The notes beneath the pieces were generated by a model. It was not told where the DNA came from, made no database searches, and saw only the letters and a program-made list of their open reading frames with translations. 64,000 nucleotides of DNA from an uncultured Spirochaetaceae bacterium (GTDB lineage: Bacteria; Spirochaetota; Spirochaetia; Sphaerochaetales; Sphaerochaetaceae), in the NCBI GenBank assembly GCA_944390015.1, contig CALXOL010000013.1:16727-80726 (forward strand). Direction: 5' to 3'. The position numbers and the translations under genes are program-made. Positions 49,991-57,363 of the stretch are shown one piece after another (within the stretch, counting starts at the first letter, position 1; the number at the start of each line of letters is the position of its first letter).

Positions 49991-51089
49991 GGATGTTGAT
50001 GGCGGCATTCGTGTCGGCATGCATACTGCTGCCGCAATGCCTGCACGTGTATCTGTTCCCATTCCTCGAAGCCTTGTCTATGGCCTTGCACACCGAGCAC
50101 TTCCGGCTAGTATAGCGTGCATCCACGAACTCAACTTTTATGCCGTTCTTCTGGCACTTGTAACTGAGCTTGAACTCAAGGTCGGAGTATGACCAGTTGG
50201 ATATCCATTTCCTCATGGTCTTGTTGCTCTTTCCTTTCAGTCTCAGCATGTTCATGGATGAGAGGTCTTCAAGGACGTATATGAACACATCCTCATCACT
50301 ATTGGCAAGCTTCTTGGAAATGCAGTGGTTCTGGTCATGGACAAACCTCTTCTCGCAGCCGGAGATGGCCTTAAGCCTCCTCTTCGCACTGCGGGTGCCT
50401 TTCTCCTGCAGCTCAGAGCGCACATGGTTGTATTTCCTCTTCACCCGCCTTACATCCTTTGCTCCATAGTGAACACCTTCCGAGGTTGTAACGATATTAT
50501 AGACACCCCTGTCCAGTCCCACTATCTTCCCGTCTTTGATTTCATTTATGGAATCGGGGCATTCGTAGATGAGATTGACGAACACCCGTCCTTTCCTATT
50601 TATCCCTATGTTCGCTCCCTTGAGCTTCCATCCGTCTGAATTGGGATAGCGTTCAGTGAAGAACTCAGGAATAGATATGATTGTTTTTATCCTCTTGTCA
50701 CAGGTGCTGAATGTGAGCTGAGAACCTCGAAGCGTTATGGTCCGCACGTCATAGCGCATCGTGCACTTATCCTTCATAGATGGCCTTTTCATCATCTCAG
50801 CCTTCTTGGGATGCTTCTGCCTCAGTTTCGTCCTCTTCACATTCCAGTTCTTGACAGCTTCCACTGCGACATCCCTTGCACACTGTATGAGTCCTGTTGG
50901 AAGAGAAAGACATTCTTCCTTTGTCCTTTCATATTGTACTTTGTGAAGGAACCTCTTGGATGTGCTGCTGTTGTTGATAAGGCACTCTGATGACATGTTG
51001 AAGGCCCTCGCATACTGCTTGCTTGTCTCAACTATCGCAGAGACTTCCTTATCTGTGAGCTTTGGAAAAACAGTTATCGACCTTCTCAT
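49845..51089 (-). CDS. tnpB: TnpB (IS200/IS605-family OrfB) RNA-guided endonuclease-like protein
   Basis: 414 aa from ATG 51089 (MRRSITVFPKL; the track start at 51134 is a TTG). RuvC-I IVGLDRGV, RuvC-II YVLEDLS, zinc ribbon CSVC...CRHC, RuvC-III HADTNAAINI. Confidence 0.85.
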   Translation of the reverse strand: MRRSITVFPKLTDKEVSAIVETSKQYARAFNMSSECLINNSSTSKRFLHKVQYERTKEECLSLPTGLIQCARDVAVEAVKNWNVKRTKLRQKHPKKAEMMKRPSMKDKCTMRYDVRTITLRGSQLTFSTCDKRIKTIISIPEFFTERYPNSDGWKLKGANIGINRKGRVFVNLIYECPDSINEIKDGKIVGLDRGVYNIVTTSEGVHYGAKDVRRVKRKYNHVRSELQEKGTRSAKRRLKAISGCEKRFVHDQNHCISKKLANSDEDVFIYVLEDLSSMNMLRLKGKSNKTMRKWISNWSYSDLEFKLSYKCQKNGIKVEFVDARYTSRKCSVCKAIDKASRNGNRYTCRHCGSSMHADTNAAINIRDNYITRALKLGQAAINQPYGWSVRGKPETEPLDKTLTSKPSGLPEGR

Positions 51090-51479
51090 ATATGTAACAT
51101 AGCACGACTCAAGAAGGTTAAAAAAAAAACACAATTACAGTAGTCAAACATTGTAATAAGCGAAAAGTAACAAATTGCATCTGCCGTCATATTCTTCGAA
51201 TTCAATTTACCAAGGAGGTCTTGTCCGCATGATTGCTCGTCTTCTCTTCATCGGATGGCGTTTCTTTTCACATCTTGGGACATAAGGGTCTTGCCGCATT
51301 CCATCCTACGGGACAAGCCTGGCAGGTTTTATGGCGGCATATCTTATAAAATCCTGTTACCTCTTTTCATTCTGATACTAACTTCATCCATCCAGTTCAT
51401 ATATGCAGAATAAGGCAGGGCTAGGCATACATCAATAGCGAAAAGCTCATAGTAAAATGATAATAAATACCATTTTTAC

Positions 51480-51513
51480 TAAGAATTAACTGCAAATTTG
51501 CAGAAAATTCTTA
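51480..51513. promoter_or_regulatory. 34-bp nested palindrome (candidate operator) upstream of the AAA ATPase gene
   Basis: TAAGAATT-AA-CTGCAAATTTGCAG-AA-AATTCTTA. An extra TAAGAATT half-site lies at 51542-51549 and a TGCAAA at 51530-51535. Confidence 0.45.
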
Positions 51514-51599
51514 CTAAAAACACTAAAAATGCAAAATCTGATAAGAATTTTTTACTAGTTTTATTTGATTAATTCGTTTTTTCTGCGATAATATTACTT

Positions 51600-52889
51600 A
51601 TGAATATAAGAAGAGATAGCTATATAAACCAGCTGAAGATGCTACGTGATAATGGCCGTGTAAAAATCATCACAGGGATAAGAAGATGTGGTAAATCATA
51701 TCTTCTTAACACCCTTTACAAGAATTATCTTATAGAAGACGGAGTAAAAGAGGAAAACATACTCATATTCGAATTAGATAAGATCAGAGATGCACGTTAT
51801 CGTAATCCTATTCTGCTATCAAACACTGTCAGGAGTATTGTCGAAGCTAAAAAAGAAAACTTCTATCTTTTTATTGATGAAATTCAGCTTTCAAGGGAAG
51901 TGAAAAATCCAGAAGATCCGGAAGGTGATAAATTAACATTCTACGACATGCTCTCAGATTTAAAGGGAATCAGTAATTTGGATGTGTATGTAACAGGAAG
52001 CAATTCAAAAATGCTCTCCTCAGACATCATCACAAACTTCAGAGACAGAGGGGACCAAATACGTATGCATCCCCTATCCTTTCAAGAGTACTATGACTAT
52101 CTGGGAGGAGATAAGGAGGAAGCATATAAAAAATATGCATGGTTCGGGGGCATGCCTCTTGTCCATATGCTGAAAACAGAGGAACTGCAAATGGATTATC
52201 TTGAGAATCTCTTCAGTGAAATCTACATAAAAGACATAGTAGAGCATTACAAAGTAAAGAACATCCCAACACTTGAAGCCGTTCTAGACATGTTATGTTC
52301 CGCTGTAGGTTCACTCACAAATCCTAAAAGGCTATCAGATGCATTAAACTCCAACTTAAAACTTCACACGACAGATGTAAGTGTGAAAAGGTATCTCGAT
52401 ATTTTTGAGGACTCATTCCTCTTTCGCAGATGCAGACGTTATGATGTAAAAGGAAAGCAATATATAGATACCCCGGATAAATATTATGCGGAGGATATAG
52501 GGCTGAGAAATGCACGTCTTGGATTCAGACAGCAGGGGATGCCACACATCATGGAGAACATAATATTTAATGAATTAATAAGCCGAGGGCTCAAAGTCGA
52601 TGTGGGGGTTATTAAGGCAAGGGAAAATAACGGAGGCAAACAGAAATCCATCTCAAGGGAAATAGATTTCGTTATAACATCAAGAACTCGAAAAGCCTAT
52701 ATACAATCTGCGTATGCCTTACCTGATGAAAAAAAGAGGAACAGCGAGATAAAACCATTCACAATGACTAATGATGCATTTCAGAAAATAATCGTAAGGG
52801 CAGATACTCTTGGACGCTGGTATGACGATGATGGGATATTGAATATCAACATAATTGATTTCCTGCTGGATAAGACAATGTTAACATGA
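51600..52889 (+). CDS. AAA ATPase of the AAA_14/DUF4143 (COG1373) type
   Basis: 429 aa. Walker A GIRRCGKSYL, Walker B LFIDEIQ, C-terminal EIDFVI...IQSAY region corresponding to the DUF4143 nuclease-like module. Confidence 0.8.
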   Translation: MNIRRDSYINQLKMLRDNGRVKIITGIRRCGKSYLLNTLYKNYLIEDGVKEENILIFELDKIRDARYRNPILLSNTVRSIVEAKKENFYLFIDEIQLSREVKNPEDPEGDKLTFYDMLSDLKGISNLDVYVTGSNSKMLSSDIITNFRDRGDQIRMHPLSFQEYYDYLGGDKEEAYKKYAWFGGMPLVHMLKTEELQMDYLENLFSEIYIKDIVEHYKVKNIPTLEAVLDMLCSAVGSLTNPKRLSDALNSNLKLHTTDVSVKRYLDIFEDSFLFRRCRRYDVKGKQYIDTPDKYYAEDIGLRNARLGFRQQGMPHIMENIIFNELISRGLKVDVGVIKARENNGGKQKSISREIDFVITSRTRKAYIQSAYALPDEKKRNSEIKPFTMTNDAFQKIIVRADTLGRWYDDDGILNINIIDFLLDKTMLT

Positions 52890-52968
52890 ATATAAGTAAA
52901 AAGCGTACCCTCTTAAGAAAGAAGGTACGTCATGGAATTAGATTCTAACAATCAATTAGATGAAAATA

Positions 52969-55200
52969 TTAAGGATTATAGGGATGTCCATCAATTATGA
53001 TATCAGTAGTAGTTGCACCACTACTTCCTCCTTGTGATTTCCAACTTGCTGTATGAGCTTCTCCATTTACAGTAGTTCCTTCTGTGAGATTCACTTGTTC
53101 TGTTATCGTAAAGGTACTCGTATCAAGCTCATAATCATATGTGCCGTAGAAAACAATTGAGACTGTATCATCCTCGTAGACGGCACCAGTCATCGTTATT
53201 GTGTATGGCTGGTTGTTCTTTATTGCATCTACATCTACAGACACACCCTCTGGCATAGTTCCACCTTTATAAGCCGCCAAGTTAATCTGCTGGGTCAAGC
53301 CTGCCAATCCGTTATCAAGGAAATTAAAGACGGATTGAGGCTCTAATCCGCTCGGATCATCAGGATCTGTACCTGGTTCATCCGGATCCTCTCCACCTTG
53401 GTTTCCAGCATAATGAATTGTAACATTTTCTGAAACCCCATTGTTCCAATTCATATTCCAACCTGAAGGTTTTTCCCCTTCAGCCCAATGAAGATAGATA
53501 TCTGCGAGATTGTTGCAATCTAAAAATACATTTGCTGCCATAGTCTCAACATTTTCAGGAATATCTATTTCAACTAATCCACTGTTTTCAAAAGCACGGT
53601 TCCCAATTTCAGTAACAGAGGAAGGAATTGTAAAATTTGTAAGATTTATACAATTCTTAAAAGTCTCAGAAGAAATAATTGTGATATCTTCAGAGAATGC
53701 AATATCCGATAGATTACTACACCCTTCAAATGCCCCAGATTGAACAACAGATATACTAGAAGGAATTGAAACAGTTTCAAGACTAGAGCAACCATTGAAG
53801 GCATCATATCCAATTTCTGTTACAGGTAAACCATTATAAGTCTCTGGTATAGCAATAAAATTTACAGTGCTATCAGCAGAAAGCCCATCGACATAATAGA
53901 ATTCTTGGGAATCATCAAGAGATAGATAAAGTTTGTTAGGTTCAACATTATGAATAATCTCTACTGTATCTGCGAAATATGAAGCCCAATCGTATCTCCA
54001 TGTTCTAGGTGCATTACGAACATATTCAACATACACACGTTCAATGTTATTAGAACTTGAAACAAATCGATCAAGCTCTACTACTGATGAAGGAATAGAT
54101 ATTTCCTTAAGATCCGTTCCATTAAAAGCATTTCCACCGATGTGATACAGCTTAGAATCTTCTGGAATGATTATTTGAGCCAATCCAGATGAAGAAAAAG
54201 CATTTTCATCAATATATGTCACGCTGGCAGGAAGTGTCACATCGGTAAGGTTGGAACATCCATTAAAAGCATTAGGACCGATGTATTCAAGGCTATCTGA
54301 TAGAACAACATCCTTCAATGCGGTAACGCCAAAGACAGATCTACCAATTTCCTTTACTGTATCTGGCAACACGATGCTATCCAAGTGCATACATCCATTA
54401 AAAGCCCAATCATCTATGTAAACGAGTCCATCAGGAAGTTCTATCGAAGTAAAATTGCAGTTACTAAAAGCCATCGAACCAATCTCTTTCACAGGTAACC
54501 CATTATGCACAGAAGGAACGACGACTTCCGTCAATGTTGTTTCTAAAGGCAAACCAGCGCATATATAATATGTTCCATCGGCTGAAATAATAAAAGAAAG
54601 TTCATCTAGAGTCCCGCTATATACAATGCAATCTTTATTGGAGATTCCTGAGTTCCACAAGGAGTCCCAATCACTATAAAACTCTCCTGTTCTCGCAAAT
54701 GGAACTTTCAAAGAAACTAGTTCTTCACAGCCAGAAAAAGCCCTTTTTCCAACATGCGATACGTCCTCAGATATCTCTATTTCCTCGATAGCCGTATAAG
54801 CAAATGCAGAATCTCCGATATACTCTAGAGAATCAGGTAAAACAACTTCTTTCAAATTAGGGCATTGTGAAAAATCTCCACATATGGTCGTAACGCCTTC
54901 TGGGATTACAATTCTTTCTAGAGTTTCTGATCTAAAGTATCCAATCTGTTTTACGGGAATTCCTTTATAACTTGCAGGAATCGTATAATCAGCAGGCATT
55001 GTCTTAGGTTCCCCAGTGGAATAATCTGTAGTGTTATTCTCAGCAGTCAAATAACTTCCATCATCGCTGATTGTAAAAGTTAATAGCCCATCATCACTTA
55101 TAAGCGTCGTCCCTGGACCAACCTCCTCTCCCGAAGAACAGCCAAACAGTAACAAAGATAGCAGGATGATTAAAAACAGATTTAAAGCGTGTTTTCTCAT
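52969..55200 (-). CDS. BspA-like leucine-rich-repeat surface lipoprotein
   Basis: Start at ATG 55200 (MRKHALNLFLIILLSLLLFGCSSG, with lipobox LFGC), preceded by AAGGAG. Many ~23-aa repeats of the type IxIPxxVxxIGxxAFxxCxxL. A Pro/Asp-rich linker (PDEPGTDPDDPSG) precedes a C-terminal non-repeat domain. Confidence 0.8.
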   Translation of the reverse strand: MRKHALNLFLIILLSLLLFGCSSGEEVGPGTTLISDDGLLTFTISDDGSYLTAENNTTDYSTGEPKTMPADYTIPASYKGIPVKQIGYFRSETLERIVIPEGVTTICGDFSQCPNLKEVVLPDSLEYIGDSAFAYTAIEEIEISEDVSHVGKRAFSGCEELVSLKVPFARTGEFYSDWDSLWNSGISNKDCIVYSGTLDELSFIISADGTYYICAGLPLETTLTEVVVPSVHNGLPVKEIGSMAFSNCNFTSIELPDGLVYIDDWAFNGCMHLDSIVLPDTVKEIGRSVFGVTALKDVVLSDSLEYIGPNAFNGCSNLTDVTLPASVTYIDENAFSSSGLAQIIIPEDSKLYHIGGNAFNGTDLKEISIPSSVVELDRFVSSSNNIERVYVEYVRNAPRTWRYDWASYFADTVEIIHNVEPNKLYLSLDDSQEFYYVDGLSADSTVNFIAIPETYNGLPVTEIGYDAFNGCSSLETVSIPSSISVVQSGAFEGCSNLSDIAFSEDITIISSETFKNCINLTNFTIPSSVTEIGNRAFENSGLVEIDIPENVETMAANVFLDCNNLADIYLHWAEGEKPSGWNMNWNNGVSENVTIHYAGNQGGEDPDEPGTDPDDPSGLEPQSVFNFLDNGLAGLTQQINLAAYKGGTMPEGVSVDVDAIKNNQPYTITMTGAVYEDDTVSIVFYGTYDYELDTSTFTITEQVNLTEGTTVNGEAHTASWKSQGGSSGATTTDIIIDGHPYNP

Positions 55201-55282
55201 GTCTTCTCCTTTTTTGTCTTTTAGGCAGAAGCCAATCAAAAATATATCAAGCCACTACCCATCCATAGTGCTACCACAGTTG

Positions 55283-55291
55283 CCCCCCCCC
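55283..55291 (-). repeat. G9 homopolymer (minus strand) in the 5' region of the LRR lipoprotein gene
   Basis: Minus strand reads CTTGACA-TT-GGGGGGGGG-CAACTG. The tract ends 82 nt upstream of the ATG. Confidence 0.9.
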
Positions 55292-55403
55292 AATGTCAAG
55301 ATTTATTACTGTCAGCCGTTATTTTTATAAGTAAAAAATCTACTCTCATATATGCTTTTACCATTATATTTAGATAAGGAAACTTTATGAGTGGGATAGT
55401 TAA

Positions 55404-55643
55404 ATGAAAAAAGACATTAATTACTACATGAATCTTCCATACAAAATGAAAACAGTCAGAGACAATGAATTCAACTCATATGTAGCATTATGCCCTGAAT
55501 TAAAAGGATGCATTACCACAGGTGAAACAGAACATGAAGCACTTAAGAACCTTGAAGATGCAAAACGCATCTGGCTTAGAGATGCATTAGAAAGCAATTG
55601 CAACATACCAGAACCGGTACTGCATAATGCTGCTGTCAGATAA
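55404..55643 (+). CDS. HicB-like (UPF0150) antitoxin-family protein with no adjacent HicA
   Basis: 79 aa. YVALCPELKGCITTGETEHEALKNLEDAKRIWL matches the HicB N-domain pattern. Confidence 0.7.
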   Translation: MKKDINYYMNLPYKMKTVRDNEFNSYVALCPELKGCITTGETEHEALKNLEDAKRIWLRDALESNCNIPEPVLHNAAVR

Positions 55644-55731
55644 TGATTCAAAACTCTATCCTGCTTGTTTCGCTGTTATAAAATAAACATCCCTATTTAT
55701 CGAAATCAATTAAAGTTGTATTCTCTCTGCT

Positions 55732-55986
55732 ATGAAAGAATACAGCTATAAGACTAAAGGAACATGTTCAAGGGAAATTCTATTCTCACTTGATGATGAG
55801 AACAGAATCCATAATTTGAAATTCATCGGAGGATGTAACGGAAACCTCAAGGGAATCGGACTCCTATGTGAAGGAAAAGATGCAAAAGAGATTGCGGATC
55901 TCCTTGCAGGGAACACATGCGGTTTTAAAGACACGAGCTGTCCCGATCAGCTATCAAAAGCATTGAATGAAGCTCTCAAGGGCTAA
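55732..55986 (+). CDS. TIGR03905-like 4-Cys TSCPD-domain small protein
   Basis: 84 aa. KGTCSREILFSL...FIGGCNGNLKGI...GNTCGFKDTSCPDQLSKAL. Confidence 0.65.
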   Translation: MKEYSYKTKGTCSREILFSLDDENRIHNLKFIGGCNGNLKGIGLLCEGKDAKEIADLLAGNTCGFKDTSCPDQLSKALNEALKG

Positions 55987-56330
55987 ACGTTTATACCGTT
56001 TTCCGTAAGATAGGCAACAAAATCGTTATAGATGTCGATGTGGGCTCTTATATCTCCTTTCTCGTTGAATACCGATAAAAGATTCAGATTGCTTATGAGC
56101 TCATCGACATCGAACTCATCCCCATCCAACGCCCTCTTATGGTATTTCTCCATCAAAGAAGAGATAAAGGTGTCATTACCGTTCTTCATCTCCCAGAATG
56201 TAATTAAATTGAGCGTTGAAGGGCGTGAAAAATACACTTTAAGCACTTCATCGCTATCACTTACGAACCTATCCGCATAACTCTTTAAAGAGTAATATTC
56301 ATCATAATCAGGTGTGTACATATTTATCAT
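55983..56330 (-). CDS. hypothetical acidic small protein
   Basis: The track ORF starts at 56369, but its first 13 codons coincide with the rpsG terminator hairpin, so I prefer the ATG at 56330 (MINMYTPDYDEYY). No recognisable motif. Confidence 0.4.
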   Translation of the reverse strand: MINMYTPDYDEYYSLKSYADRFVSDSDEVLKVYFSRPSTLNLITFWEMKNGNDTFISSLMEKYHKRALDGDEFDVDELISNLNLLSVFNEKGDIRAHIDIYNDFVAYLTENGINV

Positions 56331-56332
56331 GA

Positions 56333-56365
56333 TAACAAAAAAGGCCTCCGTCATGGAGACCTTTT
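56333..56365 (-). terminator. intrinsic terminator directly after rpsG
   Basis: Minus strand reads AAAAGGTCTCC-ATGAC-GGAGGCCTTTT (11-bp stem, one G.U), followed by TTGTTATC. Confidence 0.8.
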
Positions 56366-56383
56366 GCATTATTAAAGCACTTC

Positions 56384-56854
56384 TTAGAATCTGAAGTGGC
56401 TGAATGCCTTGTTCGCATCTGCCATGCGGTGCGTATCTTCCTTCTTCTTGAAAGCTGCACCTGTGCTGTTGTATGCGTCCATAAGCTCATCTGCGAGCTT
56501 ATCAGCCATCGTCTTACCGTTTCTAGCACGTGCTGCGTTAATGAGCCATCTCATTGCAAGTGCTTCCCTTCTTCCCTCTTTGATCTCGACAGGAACCTGG
56601 TATGTAGCACCACCAACTCTTCTGCTCTTAACCTCTACGACAGGCTTAACGTTCTCAACTGCCTTAGTAAAGACATCGAGAGCCTTCTCACCTGACTTCT
56701 CTTCAATCTTGTTCATTGCCCTATAAAGGATTCCAGTGCTGATGCTCTTCTTTCCATCAACCATCATCCTGTTGATGAATCTTGCAACAACTTCGCTGTT
56801 GTATACGGCATCTGCAGCAGTAGACCTTCTCGGGACGTTTAATCCTCTAGACAT
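56384..56854 (-). CDS. rpsG: 30S ribosomal protein S7
   Basis: 156 aa. [10 protein letters not shown]... and [18 protein letters not shown]. Confidence 0.95.
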   Translation of the reverse strand: MSRGLNVPRRSTAADAVYNSEVVARFINRMMVDGKKSISTGILYRAMNKIEEKSGEKALDVFTKAVENVKPVVEVKSRRVGGATYQVPVEIKEGRREALAMRWLINAARARNGKTMADKLADELMDAYNSTGAAFKKKEDTHRMADANKAFSHFRF

Positions 56855-56868
56855 ATTCTACTTCCTCC

Positions 56869-57243
56869 TTAGGCCTTTGGCTTCTTAGCGCCGTACTTAG
56901 AGCGGCTTCTCTTCCTGTCGTTAACACCGAGAGTATCCTTGCTACCTCTGATGATGTGGTAACGTACACCAGGAAGGTCCTTAACTCTTCCACCTCTGAT
57001 GAGAACAACAGAGTGCTCCTGGAGATTGTGTCCAATACCAGGGATGTATGCTGTAACCTCAATACCGTTTGAAAGTCTAACACGAGCAACCTTTCTGAGA
57101 GCTGAGTTAGGCTTCTTAGGTGTTACTGTCATAACCCTAGTGCAAACGCCTCTTTTCTGTGGGCATCCTTCAAGGGCTGGGCTCTTAGTCTTGCTCTTTG
57201 AGCTCTGTCTACCCTTCCTAATTAGCTGATTAATAGTAGGCAT
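56869..57243 (-). CDS. rpsL: 30S ribosomal protein S12
   Basis: 124 aa. [12 protein letters not shown]... and [16 protein letters not shown]. Confidence 0.97.
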   Translation of the reverse strand: MPTINQLIRKGRQSSKSKTKSPALEGCPQKRGVCTRVMTVTPKKPNSALRKVARVRLSNGIEVTAYIPGIGHNLQEHSVVLIRGGRVKDLPGVRYHIIRGSKDTLGVNDRKRSRSKYGAKKPKA

Positions 57244-57268
57244 CTTTCGATACGCTCCTTATTTTGTC

Positions 57269-57317
57269 TCTTCCTCACCTCACAAAAGAGGAAGATGTAC
57301 CGGTGCACAGGCACCGG
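57269..57317 (-). promoter_or_regulatory. two tandem hairpins between rpoC and rpsL
   Basis: Minus strand reads CCGGTGC-CTGT-GCACCGG (57317-57300), then CTTCCTC-N11-GAGGAAG (57294-57269). Neither is followed by a clean U tract. Confidence 0.5.
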
Positions 57318-57363
57318 CTATATCTAAAACACTGGTCAGCATGAGAGTTCACGCAACGAAGCC

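Noticed and set aside
49845-51089. Nuclease-dead TnpB derivative (TldR-like transcriptional repressor)
   Set aside because: All three RuvC acidic residues and the zinc ribbon appear intact, and the length (414 aa) is that of a full TnpB. Inactivation is therefore not supported by the sequence.
52904-52929. Bidirectional terminator between the convergent ATPase and LRR genes (CGTACC-N14-GGTACG)
   Set aside because: The stem is only 6 bp with a 14-nt loop and no flanking U/A tracts, which is too weak to call.
55240-55403. Short hicA toxin gene hidden upstream of the HicB-like ORF
   Set aside because: The only ATG-initiated frame here is 6 codons long (MSGIVK-stop). The gap is too short for a HicA, and no dsRBD-like sequence is seen.
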